A program made the translations under genes and the position numbers. The notes below the pieces were generated by a model. It saw only the letters and a program-made list of their open reading frames with translations, was not told where the DNA came from and searched no databases. Shown piece by piece: positions 1 through 8,862 of a stretch of 64,000 bases of DNA. The DNA is taken from NCBI GenBank assembly GCA_963706295.1, contig CAVPLW010000006.1, positions 337,277 through 401,276 on the forward strand, written 5' to 3'. Position 1 is the stretch's first letter. Every line of letters begins with the position of its first letter. Source of the DNA: an uncultured delta proteobacterium (lineage in GTDB: Bacteria; Desulfobacterota; Desulfobacteria; Desulfobacterales; UBA11574).

Positions 1-507
1 GGTCATCTGATTCGTCGTTACAAAATTGATGAATTCTCCCAACTCTGGAATGTCCTCCGGGGCCAGATGAGTCTGGTCGGCCCTCGCCCCCAAGTGCTGT
101 GTGATGTGGCGCTGTATACTGAAGAAGAACTGCATCTGCTTGATGTCAGGCCAGGAATCAGCGACTTGGCGTCAATCGTGTTTTCCGACGAAGGTAAAAT
201 CCTTGAAGGTAGTGAGGATGCTGATCTGAAATATAACCAGGTCATCCGTCCGTGGAAGAGTCGGCTTGGTTTGTTCTACGTACAGAAACAAAGTTGCTTG
301 CTTGACTTTCAAATTGTATCTTTGACAATTGTTGCCCTTGTTTCGAGATCAAGAGCTTTGCATGGAGTGCAAGGACTTCTAAAAAAGCTGGGGGCTGATA
401 ATCAATTAATCAATATTGCAGGTCGAAAAGATCCTCTTCAGCCGTATCCACCTCCTGGAGCAGATCATGTTGTTCAAAATCAAAAATCATGGATTAATAT
501 CCAATAG
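1..507 (+). CDS. Bacterial sugar transferase (WbaP/PglC-type polyprenyl-phosphate sugar-1-phosphate transferase), C-terminal part; 5' end lies outside the window
   Basis: Frame 1 is open from base 1. The translation GHLIRRYKIDEFSQLWNVLRGQMSLVGPRPQ...DVRPGISDLASI is the conserved C-terminal core of the bacterial sugar transferase family. Confidence 0.85.
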   Translation, partial: GHLIRRYKIDEFSQLWNVLRGQMSLVGPRPQVLCDVALYTEEELHLLDVRPGISDLASIVFSDEGKILEGSEDADLKYNQVIRPWKSRLGLFYVQKQSCLLDFQIVSLTIVALVSRSRALHGVQGLLKKLGADNQLINIAGRKDPLQPYPPPGADHVVQNQKSWINIQ

Positions 508-511
508 GCCG

Positions 512-1744
512 ATGCATAAGCTGCAAGCAACTAATAAGGGTTTTGAATTATTAAGGCAAAGTGTTCCTGTTTTAATGGGGATCTTTATTTTTTTTAATCC
601 TTTTCCACATACTACAGCTGTTAAAGAGGTGTGCTTTTATCTGTCTGTTGTTATTTTTTTTTCCTTAATTATTTTTAAGAAAAACGACTTCTCATTTAAA
701 ACACCCTTTATGCTTTCTTTCGTTCTTTTTGTTTGCTGGGTATTTATAGGTCTTTTTTTTGCTCTCGACAAAAATAACAGTATTCATGATTTTTACTCGC
801 ATTTGCTGAGGTACATTATACTTTATTATATAATAATCAATCTGTTCAGCTCAAAAAGACGTCTTGTTGATCTTTCATGGATTATAATTATTTCTATCGC
901 CATTTTTTCAATTGGAGGAATAATTTTTTTTTATTTTATTTTGGGAAATATATTAACACAAAGGTTTATTGGTTTCACTCAAACTTCAATCAGTACTATC
1001 GCTGTAACAGCCATGTTTGCAATGATTCTTTCCCTGAACAATTTATTTAATGAGACTATTTTTTACCGCAAGATAATTCTCATTGTTTGTTTTTTTTCAG
1101 CACTATTTTCGATAGTTTTATCTCAATCTCTTAGCTCTTTGGCTAGTCTTTGTTTGGTAGTTGTCATAATTTTTTCCAATAAGAAAAAATTCTTGATTGC
1201 TTTGTTAGGGACAATTTTGATTTTTGTTGTTATAACACCTTTTAATAACCGTCTTCTTTCCATCTATACTAATCCATTGATTGCTTTTCGAGTCGGTATA
1301 AATTATCACACCTATGAAATTATAAAAGATTACCCGATAATAGGCATAGGTTTTGGAATGGAAACATACAAAAAAGCTCTTGACTTAGAAACCTATCATA
1401 AAAGAGTTCCAGAGAAATACAGAGAAAATTATATTTATGATGACCCTCATAATATTTTTTTCGATATTGCAGTGAGGACTGGGTTGGTTGGTTTCGCATT
1501 TTTTATTTACATAATATTCGTTTTTATAAAAACATGTTGGGGTTGTATTAAATATGGGAATGACGATTTCATAAAGAACTGGGGCCGGTGCCTTACTGCT
1601 GCCTTTGTTTCTTTTTTAGTAATAGGATTTTTTCACCCGGTTCTCAACCGCGCGCCAGAAACTATTCTTTGTGCTATGTTTTCCATGTTAACGATTGTGT
1701 GGCGTTTAAATAATGAACCAGTCACTAAGTGCTCTAATTCGTAA
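512..1744 (+). CDS. O-antigen ligase / Wzy-like polytopic membrane protein
   Basis: ORF 416..1744 is very hydrophobic with many predicted TM segments. The loop YDDPHNIFFDIAVRTGLVGF resembles the Wzy_C/O-antigen-ligase motif. I chose the ATG at 512 because the upstream part overlaps the preceding gene. Confidence 0.6.
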   Translation: MHKLQATNKGFELLRQSVPVLMGIFIFFNPFPHTTAVKEVCFYLSVVIFFSLIIFKKNDFSFKTPFMLSFVLFVCWVFIGLFFALDKNNSIHDFYSHLLRYIILYYIIINLFSSKRRLVDLSWIIIISIAIFSIGGIIFFYFILGNILTQRFIGFTQTSISTIAVTAMFAMILSLNNLFNETIFYRKIILIVCFFSALFSIVLSQSLSSLASLCLVVVIIFSNKKKFLIALLGTILIFVVITPFNNRLLSIYTNPLIAFRVGINYHTYEIIKDYPIIGIGFGMETYKKALDLETYHKRVPEKYRENYIYDDPHNIFFDIAVRTGLVGFAFFIYIIFVFIKTCWGCIKYGNDDFIKNWGRCLTAAFVSFLVIGFFHPVLNRAPETILCAMFSMLTIVWRLNNEPVTKCSNS

Positions 1745-1795
1745 ATTCGATGACGTATTTTTATCAGTACAACTATCCCGTATAAGCTGAAGTCC

Positions 1796-1931
1796 AAAAG
1801 TTTGAAGTTTGAAGTGCCTAAAGTGAGCTAAAGTTGAGGAACACGCTTTCAGCGCAATCAATTATAAATTAAAATTGATAGAATACCTTAACTTTAGGCA
1901 CTTTAGTTCACTTTAGGCACTTTACACTTTT
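1796..1931. repeat. Word-hairpin element, family A copy 1: arms of tandem GTGCCTAAA / GTGAGCTAAA words around an AT-rich centre
   Basis: The left arm aaaagtttgaagtttgaagtgcctaaagtgagctaaagttgagg is an imperfect reverse complement of the right arm ccttaactttaggcactttagttcactttaggcactttacactttt. A second copy lies at 57794..58023. Confidence 0.8.
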
Positions 1932-2387
1932 GCATAAATAGAATGAATAAACCAAGTTATAAATACGCCACCGTATTTACGAATACATGTAACTAAGGAC
2001 GCAGTATAAAAAACGTTATCACACCTGCATTTCCAATTCTAAACAAAATGATCCGACATTTAGGATCTGCCCTGCTGTTTAGAGCACGCATGTTTCCCTT
2101 CCGACTTTTTTAATACCATTGGCAGGCAGGTTCATTCGTGTTAAAGACACATTAAAGTTTAGTCCCGCCATCTTTTTCCAAGTGCCAATGGGATTGACAA
2201 AATGGAACGGGTGGTTTACGAATATTTAGGAACAGCATGGGCCACCCTTAGGGGACAAATAAACCCACAAAATCTCATGGAACCCTAATGTTTAAATAGA
2301 GTCAAAAGGAATGATCCCTTTTTAAACGTCATTAACTTTTATCAGATCGAAAACTCAACGCACCTTGGGAAAACAGCCGAAACAACA

Positions 2388-4280
2388 ATGAAGTTCAGAC
2401 TATTATACAAGAATTTTTTTATTGTCTTGCTTGCCGATATTCTCCTTTTGACAGGCTCTTTGTTTTTGGCCTACCTGATCCGCTTTGATTTCGTCCTTCC
2501 ACAGCCACATTCGGTGCTGCTGTATCAAATACTGCCCTTTATACTGATTATAAAAATTGTCTGTTTTTATTTTTTTGATCTCTACCGCGGCATGTGGAGA
2601 TATACCAGCATTGCCGATCTATTAAATATCATCAAGGCGTCCTTCGTAAGCTCACTGGTTATTATCTGTTTAATTCTTTTCAGTCATTCCAGGTTCATCG
2701 GTTTTCCGCGGTCTGTTTTTATTATGGACTGGTGTTTTACTGTATTATTGATTTCCGGATACAGGCTCTGTATCCGTCTTTATTTTGAACGGATTAGCAA
2801 TGATAAAATTTCATCCATACCAACCCGCCAAGTTTTGACTATGTTTTTCAGAAAAACGACTGAAACAAAAAGACTTCTCATTATCGGAGCAGGCGATGGC
2901 GGTGAAAAGATTTACAGGGAGATACACAACAATGCCCGGCTTCAGTATGCGGTAATTGGTTTTCTTGACGATGACTCGGCTAAGATCGGAAGAAAGATTC
3001 ATGGCATTCCGGTATTGGGCAGAATCAAGGATATAACAAGAATCGCAAAAAAAGTAAATGTAGATGAGGCGCTGATTGCGATTCCATCGGCGACATCCGA
3101 ACAGATGCGAGAAATTCTGACGCATTGCAGGAAAAGCGGAGTCAAATTTAAAACCATTCCCGGCATTGGAGAGCTCATTAACGGAAAAGTTACGGTGAAT
3201 GTGATTCGAGAGGTTGATTACCGTGACCTTCTTGGGAGGGATGTGATCAAGTTGGATGAAGATAAAATAGGGTCATATCTTCATGGTCAGTGCGTCATGG
3301 TCACAGGTGCTGGCGGTTCCATCGGTTCTGAGCTTTGCAGACAAATTTGTAGGTTCCAGCCGTATAATCTTGTAATGTATGAAAGGGCTGAAAGCCCGTT
3401 ATACGAAATTGACCGTGAACTCAAACAGGATTTTGGTGATATTAAAACCATTCCCGTATTGGCTGATATCCAGGATAAAGATCAACTTGAAAAGGCTTTT
3501 GAGGCTTACCGTCCCCAAACTGTTTTTCATGCCGCAGCCTATAAACATGTTCCCATGCTTGAAATGCAACCTTGGAAGGCTGTGGATAATAATATCCAGG
3601 GAACAGCAAATCTCGTTGAAGTTACCAATAAATTTAATGTTGAACGTTTTGTTTTTGTCTCTACCGACAAAGCTGTACGACCGGCAAATGTGATGGGGGC
3701 TTCCAAGCGGATAGCTGAAATGTTGATACAGAGCCAAAACGGTTGTGGACTTTCACATACAAAATTTATGACGGTTCGTTTCGGGAATGTTGTCGGGAGT
3801 GTCGGGAGTGTGGTTCCGCTTTTTAAAAAACAAATCAAAAAGGGCGGACCCGTTACCGTCACGCACCCTGAGGTGACGCGATTTTTCATGACGATCCCTG
3901 AAGCATGTCAGCTAATTCTGCAGGCAGGGGCCATGGGCAAGGGGGGCGAGATTTTTTTATTTGATATGGGTACATCCATAAAAATTGATGATATGGCCAG
4001 GGATCTCATTCGATTTTCCGGATTTGAGCCAGAGGTGGACATCAAGATCGAATATATTGGCCTGAGACCTGGTGAAAAACTATTCGAGGAGCTAATCATT
4101 GAAGGAGAAGATGTTGTTCCCACCAGCCATGAAAAAATCATGGTGCTAAAGGGAATGGATTGTAATTTGCAGATTTTAAACGGTAATATACACAATTTGA
4201 TTCAAATAGCCAGGGACCAAAACTTAGAAACGATTAAAGGAAAGCTTCAAGAAATGGTGCCCGAATATCGACCCTTTTAA
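2388..4280 (+). CDS. CapD/PglF/WbpM-type membrane-anchored nucleotide-sugar 4,6-dehydratase/epimerase
   Basis: 630 aa. An N-terminal TM bundle is followed by two Rossmann motifs (IIGAGDGG and VTGAGGSIGSEL) and AAAYKHVPMLE. This architecture is typical of the polysaccharide biosynthesis CapD family. Confidence 0.9.
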   Translation: MKFRLLYKNFFIVLLADILLLTGSLFLAYLIRFDFVLPQPHSVLLYQILPFILIIKIVCFYFFDLYRGMWRYTSIADLLNIIKASFVSSLVIICLILFSHSRFIGFPRSVFIMDWCFTVLLISGYRLCIRLYFERISNDKISSIPTRQVLTMFFRKTTETKRLLIIGAGDGGEKIYREIHNNARLQYAVIGFLDDDSAKIGRKIHGIPVLGRIKDITRIAKKVNVDEALIAIPSATSEQMREILTHCRKSGVKFKTIPGIGELINGKVTVNVIREVDYRDLLGRDVIKLDEDKIGSYLHGQCVMVTGAGGSIGSELCRQICRFQPYNLVMYERAESPLYEIDRELKQDFGDIKTIPVLADIQDKDQLEKAFEAYRPQTVFHAAAYKHVPMLEMQPWKAVDNNIQGTANLVEVTNKFNVERFVFVSTDKAVRPANVMGASKRIAEMLIQSQNGCGLSHTKFMTVRFGNVVGSVGSVVPLFKKQIKKGGPVTVTHPEVTRFFMTIPEACQLILQAGAMGKGGEIFLFDMGTSIKIDDMARDLIRFSGFEPEVDIKIEYIGLRPGEKLFEELIIEGEDVVPTSHEKIMVLKGMDCNLQILNGNIHNLIQIARDQNLETIKGKLQEMVPEYRPF

Positions 4281-4333
4281 CATCTGTCCGTTTGACGATA
4301 TAGACACTAATTGAATATTTGCATGAAGTATAA

Positions 4334-4380
4334 AAAAGCCGTGATGATGGATCCTCATTGTTACGGCTTTTGTTATTTTT
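4334..4380 (+). terminator. Rho-independent terminator candidate after the capD-like gene
   Basis: The stem aaaagccgt (4334-4342) pairs with acggctttt (4363-4371) and is followed by the T-rich tract tgttattttt. Confidence 0.55.
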
Positions 4381-4457
4381 TAAGTTATGATATTTAGGCA
4401 TAAGCGTAAGGAGCTTCCTATTGATACGGTTTGAGGAAACTTCACAAAAGGTTAATC

Positions 4458-5711
4458 ATGAAAAGTGAGAGTGCGTTAAAAATTGAAAAGCTGGTACAAA
4501 AAGGTGTTAAGATCCCCAATCCTCAAAGTGTTGAAATTGGCTCTGAAGTCAATACAGACAGAATTTCAGGCGATGGTGTTGTCATATATTCCGGCTGCAA
4601 AATCTTTGGTAGTTCAGTACTGATACTAAAAGGAACCAAACTGGGGTATGAGGGACCTGTTACCATCGATAATTGTCAGGTTGGACCTCAGGTCGAGCTT
4701 AAAAGCGGGTTTTTCAGAGACGCCGTTTTCCTGAAAAAGGTGAGCCTGGGATCAGGTGCCAATGTCCGGGAAGGAACGATCATGGAAGAAGAATCATGTG
4801 TTGCCCACTCGGTTGGTCTGAAACAGACCATTCTCTTTCCTTTTGTGACCCTGGGGAGTCTGATCAATTTTTGCGACTGTTTAATGTCCGGCGGTACAAG
4901 CCGGAAAGACCACAGTGAAGTCGGGAGTTCTTATATACATTTTAATTATACTCCCAATCAAGACAAAGCCACGCCATCACTCATCGGCGATGTGCCCAGA
5001 GGTGTTATGCTGAACCAGAAACCCATATTTCTCGGAGGGCAGGGGGGGCTTGTGGGGCCGTGTCGTCTGGAATTTGGTTCGGTCACAGCAGCTGGAACGA
5101 TATGCAGGAAAGATCAATTGCAGTCTGGGCATCTTATTTTTGAAAAGAAAACAAAGAGTGACAATATTCCTTTTACATTTGGGATGTACCGATCGATCAA
5201 AAGGGTAGTGGTCAACAACATCATCTATATTGCAAACCTGATGGCCCTTGAACAATGGTATAACCATGTACGTTCGCAATTCATTTCAAATGATTTTCCA
5301 GAACCTCTTTTAGACGCCTTAAAAGAAAAACTCGCTATGGCAGTCGATGAGAGAATAGGGCGGTTAAAAACACTGAGCCAAAAAATGCCCGATTCTGTAA
5401 AAGTATATCAAAAGATCTCAAAAGAAAATGCATCCTCTCGTATTTTGCAACAAAAAAACGAGTTTTATAACAAATGGACTGAAATAGAGGATCATTTCAG
5501 ATCGTTGACGAATATAGATGTCAAAGAGAACCTGAGGGATATGTTTATGGAAAAGATTCGCCTTGGTATTATAAATACAGAAAAAGATTATATTTCTGTA
5601 ATTACAGAACTTAAAAGCGAAGATAAAAAACACGGGACACGATGGCTTCAGGGTATTGTCGATCATATCACCACCGGCGCACTTAAAATTATGCCGACGT
5701 TTAAAAGCTGA
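4458..5711 (+). CDS. Left-handed beta-helix (hexapeptide-repeat) acyltransferase-like protein with a C-terminal helical extension
   Basis: The N-terminal ~240 aa carry imperfect hexapeptide repeats (GDGVVIYSGCKIFGSSVL, LGSGANVREGTIMEE, IFLGGQGGLVGPCRLEFGSVTAAGT), like the GlmU C-terminal domain. No nucleotidyltransferase domain is present. The ATG at 4458 is preferred to the TTG at 4431. Confidence 0.6.
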   Translation: MKSESALKIEKLVQKGVKIPNPQSVEIGSEVNTDRISGDGVVIYSGCKIFGSSVLILKGTKLGYEGPVTIDNCQVGPQVELKSGFFRDAVFLKKVSLGSGANVREGTIMEEESCVAHSVGLKQTILFPFVTLGSLINFCDCLMSGGTSRKDHSEVGSSYIHFNYTPNQDKATPSLIGDVPRGVMLNQKPIFLGGQGGLVGPCRLEFGSVTAAGTICRKDQLQSGHLIFEKKTKSDNIPFTFGMYRSIKRVVVNNIIYIANLMALEQWYNHVRSQFISNDFPEPLLDALKEKLAMAVDERIGRLKTLSQKMPDSVKVYQKISKENASSRILQQKNEFYNKWTEIEDHFRSLTNIDVKENLRDMFMEKIRLGIINTEKDYISVITELKSEDKKHGTRWLQGIVDHITTGALKIMPTFKS

Positions 5712-5734
5712 ATGATGCTGATTAGAAAATAGAT

Positions 5735-5806
5735 AACCGCAAATGGACGCAAATGAACATAAATATTATTATTTTAATTTGTGTTTATTCGTGTTCATCC
5801 GCGGTT
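5735..5806. repeat. Word-hairpin element (GCAAATGAAC-type words)
   Basis: aaccgcaaatggacgcaaatgaacataaata and the AT-rich loop are followed by atttgtgtttattcgtgttcatccgcggtt, an imperfect reverse complement. The element lies just 3' of the beta-helix gene. Confidence 0.7.
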
Positions 5807-5849
5807 TCCCTTATCCTTTTTTTAAATGTAATAATAATTTGAGGTGCTC

Positions 5850-7205
5850 ATGAACAAGTTGTTCGGTACGGACGGGATACGCGGCGTTGCCAATGAATAT
5901 CCAATGACATCTGAATTGGCCATGAAGGTTGGAAAGGCTGTGGCGTCAATTTTCAAGGGACACAATGAGCGATCAAAAATCGTCATCGGGAAAGATACCC
6001 GGCTTTCCGGCGATATGCTGGAACATGCCATAGCATCAGGAGTATGCGCAATGGGGGTTGATGTTTATCTTTCTGGAATTCTTCCAACACCTGGAATTGC
6101 TTATTTAACCGCTTCAACAGGGGCAAATGCCGGCATTGTGATATCTGCATCCCACAACCCATTTTACGACAATGGCATAAAAATATTTAAAGGCGACGGC
6201 TTTAAGCTTTCTGATGAAAAGGAGGCTGAAATTGAACAGCTTGTTTTGAATGAAAACCTGGATCTATCGACAAAGGCGGTTCAGGATACCGGCCGTGTCT
6301 ATGCTATGGCCGACTCCGGAAAAAGTTATGCGAATTTCCTGAAGCACAACGTGCCGGGAAAGAACTGTTTTAAAGGACTGAAAATAATAATGGACTGTTC
6401 AAACGGAGCGACGTTTGACGTGGCACCGGAACTTTTGACCATGCTTGGCGCAGATGTTGATGCACTGTTTGTTCGTCCTGATGGAAAGAACATTAATGAC
6501 AATTGTGGATCCCAGAATCCGGAAGTGCTGAGAAAAAATGTTGTGAATAAAGGGGCTGATATCGGTCTTGCTTTTGACGGAGATGGAGACAGGCTTGTTG
6601 CTGTGGATGAAAAAGGGGGTGTTGCAACCGGCGACCAGATTATTGCGATTTGTGCAAGATACATGAAACAAACTGGGACCCTTAAAGGGAATTGTGTGGT
6701 CAGTACAGTCATGAGCAATTTGGGTCTTCGCCTTAGCTTAAAAGAAATGGGCATAACAAATATTGAGTCCAAAGTAGGGGATCGTCGTGTTGTGGAAAAA
6801 ATGATTTCTTCAGGAGCTGTGTTAGGAGGTGAAGACTCCGGTCATATGATTTTTTTAGACCATCATACCACTGGCGATGGTATTCTTACAGCTTTAAGAT
6901 TAATCGAAATTATGCAAGCAGAATCAAAACCATTGTCAGAGCTTCGCAAAATAATGACCGTATTTCCACAGGTTCTCATAAATGTCGAAGTGAGCCATAA
7001 ACCTGATATAGAGACCGTATCTGAGATTAAAGATGCGATTACATCGGTGGAACGCCGTCTGGATAATGAGGGCAGGGTGCTGGTGCGTTATTCAGGCACC
7101 GAACCGTTATGCAGAGTCATGGTTGAAGGGCCTATCATAGACAAAACCAGAATTTACTGCCAAGAATTGGCTGATGTGATAAAGAAAAATATCGGAAAAA
7201 TATAG
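5850..7205 (+). CDS. glmM: Phosphoglucosamine mutase
   Basis: N-terminal NKLFGTDGIRG, the active-site loop ISASHNPFYDNGIK and the metal-binding motif FDGDGDR are present. GAGG lies 6 nt before the ATG at 5850. Confidence 0.95.
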   Translation: MNKLFGTDGIRGVANEYPMTSELAMKVGKAVASIFKGHNERSKIVIGKDTRLSGDMLEHAIASGVCAMGVDVYLSGILPTPGIAYLTASTGANAGIVISASHNPFYDNGIKIFKGDGFKLSDEKEAEIEQLVLNENLDLSTKAVQDTGRVYAMADSGKSYANFLKHNVPGKNCFKGLKIIMDCSNGATFDVAPELLTMLGADVDALFVRPDGKNINDNCGSQNPEVLRKNVVNKGADIGLAFDGDGDRLVAVDEKGGVATGDQIIAICARYMKQTGTLKGNCVVSTVMSNLGLRLSLKEMGITNIESKVGDRRVVEKMISSGAVLGGEDSGHMIFLDHHTTGDGILTALRLIEIMQAESKPLSELRKIMTVFPQVLINVEVSHKPDIETVSEIKDAITSVERRLDNEGRVLVRYSGTEPLCRVMVEGPIIDKTRIYCQELADVIKKNIGKI

Positions 7206-7270
7206 GAAAGAGAAAAGAGGAATTAGGAAAGAGGAAAAAAGAGCAGAGATCAGAAGTCGGAGGTTGGAAG
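7203..7270. repeat. Purine-rich word tract (AGGAAAGAG / GAAGTCGG words), a half element sharing words with families B and E
   Basis: The tract reads taggaaagagaaaagaggaattaggaaagaggaaaaaagagcagagatcagaagtcggaggttggaag. The 13-mer ataggaaagagaa (7202-7214) recurs exactly as a reverse complement at 54540-54552. agatcagaag(g)tcgg recurs at 38257-38271. Confidence 0.65.
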
Positions 7271-7435
7271 ATAACCCATCAATTAAAAAATATAAGTGGT
7301 TTCAAAATGTTCAATTGGGTTCAAGATCAAGGCGGACTGGAACGGCCAACCGCAGTAATATCGGGAATATTTCGAGGATTGGGCATACCAATCCAACGCA
7401 GAGATTGAATCCCAGAGGAGGTTTTGTAACCACTT

Positions 7436-8137
7436 CTAGTCTCTATTACCTAAAATACGAAGCAGCATAAGAAACAAGTTTATAAAATCAAGATACAACG
7501 TCAGAGCACCTAATATTGCACCCTTTCTGACGGTTCCGCTGTCAAGCCCGTCCGGCTGTGACAGCGCCATGGTTCTGAGCTTCTGTGTATCATAGGCCGT
7601 GAGACCCACAAAAACGACAACACCGATATAACTGACGATCAAACTCATACCAGAATTGCGTACAAAAAGGTTTACGACCGATGCAATCACAATCCCGATG
7701 AGCCCCATAAACATGAACTGTCCCATGGATGTCAGATCACGTTTAGTGACCATACCGTAAATACTGGATACAACAAATGTCGCTGCACAGATAAAAAATG
7801 TTGAGGTTATTGAAGATCTTGTATAGATAAGAAATATTGCTGAAATCGTTGCTCCGTTTAATGCCGCATACAGCACAAACAAAGAGGTTGCGGTTGAAGC
7901 CTGCATTTTGTGGACTCTAGCGCTGATGGTAAAGACAAGAACAAGTTCACCGATGATCAATCCAAAAAAAATGAGCTGGTTTCCAAAGATCAGCTTCAAT
8001 AGGGTTTCGCTGTTTGATACATAAAATGCTACAACACCCGTTAATCCGAGACCGATGGCCATCCAATTATAGACGCTTCGAATAAACTCGTTGACTCGGA
8101 CTTGGGCCCGAGCTTTATTAAGCGGAATAGATTGCAT
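7436..8137 (-). CDS. BAX-inhibitor-1/YccA family membrane protein
   Basis: 233 aa with seven hydrophobic segments. The N-terminus FIRSVYNWMAIGLGLTG and the C-terminus LTLYLDFINLFLMLLRILG are typical of the Bax1-I family. Confidence 0.85.
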   Translation of the reverse strand: MQSIPLNKARAQVRVNEFIRSVYNWMAIGLGLTGVVAFYVSNSETLLKLIFGNQLIFFGLIIGELVLVFTISARVHKMQASTATSLFVLYAALNGATISAIFLIYTRSSITSTFFICAATFVVSSIYGMVTKRDLTSMGQFMFMGLIGIVIASVVNLFVRNSGMSLIVSYIGVVVFVGLTAYDTQKLRTMALSQPDGLDSGTVRKGAILGALTLYLDFINLFLMLLRILGNRD

Positions 8138-8273
8138 TTTAACCTCCTAATATTAATAACATTTACTCAATGTCATTCTCTTTTAAAAACATGTCGGATG
8201 TTATTGCCGACAATTTAAAACATATATAACACACAAATTATGTATTGCAAGATTAAAACCGTTTTTTATCGCC

Positions 8274-8537
8274 ATGAACCCTGACCAGTTATATCAAGAT
8301 CTTAAAGAACTTGCAGAAAAACTAGGTGTTTCGGTGTTAGAGCATAATTTTCGAAAAACCGGTATAACAGTGCAAAGTGGCCTATGCAAAGTCAAAGGAA
8401 AGACACTTTTTATCATGGATAAGCACAGTTCGATCAATGATAAAAACGAGATCCTTTTATCCTGTATCAGCAAAATGCCACATGAAGATATTTATATTGT
8501 GCCGTATTTGCGTGAGATGTTAAAAAGATGTCATTAG
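8274..8537 (+). CDS. Small hypothetical protein (87 aa)
   Basis: Clean ATG ORF in an otherwise non-coding gap. No family was recognised by eye. Confidence 0.4.
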   Translation: MNPDQLYQDLKELAEKLGVSVLEHNFRKTGITVQSGLCKVKGKTLFIMDKHSSINDKNEILLSCISKMPHEDIYIVPYLREMLKRCH

Positions 8538-8792
8538 TACCTTAATTGTGAATTTTGTGTTTTTTGTGGCAAAAAATTAGCTAAATTCATTGAGTGTAAT
8601 AGGATTAATATCACAACATAGTAGAAAGAGGCTATTTGCTTTTACTTTCGGCCCGGAAATTATGAAGCATTAATAAGTTTACATAATATATCTTATCAGA
8701 CATTGTAAAATAATAAAGTATAGAGAGCCCAAGGTTTTTAGCCCTTCAAAAGCAAAACTTGCTTATTGCTTTGCTTCAGGTTTTATGTTGAA

Positions 8793-8801
8793 TGGTATAA
8801 T
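8793..8801 (+). promoter_or_regulatory. Extended -10 promoter candidate (TGgTATAAT) upstream of xseA
   Basis: tggtataat lies at 8793-8801, 62 nt before the xseA ATG. The only -35-like hexamer, ttgctt at 8771-8776, has a long 19-nt spacer. Confidence 0.3.
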
Positions 8802-8862
8802 CAACTGTGATAATCATTTTTAGTCAATAATAAATACATTAAAAGAAAATAGTTAAAACTTA

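Noticed and set aside
416-511. The N-terminal extension of the Wzy-like ORF. The same issue applies to the 26062..26118 extension of the ParB-like ORF and the 26948..26986 extension of purC
   Set aside because: The extensions overlap the preceding genes in another frame and add no conserved sequence. The internal ATGs give proteins that begin where the family homology begins.
1796-1931. The possibility that the tandem-word regions are CRISPR arrays. This applies to all the word elements
   Set aside because: The repeat units are only 6-11 nt long and directly abut, with no spacers. The two halves are inverted copies of each other. No cas genes are present.
2118-2133. A sigma54-like promoter, tggcaggcaggttcat, in the long gap upstream of the capD-like gene
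   Set aside because: The -12 element is TTCA rather than TTGC, and the -24 element is GGCAG. That is too weak to call without a search matrix. The 640-nt ORF-free gap (1745-2387) remains unexplained apart from repeat A1.
7264-7470. A 68-aa ORF in the glmM / BI-1 intergenic region
   Set aside because: It starts inside the purine word tract, has odd composition (Arg/Asn/Gly-rich), has no RBS, and overlaps the 3' end of the convergent BI-1 gene.
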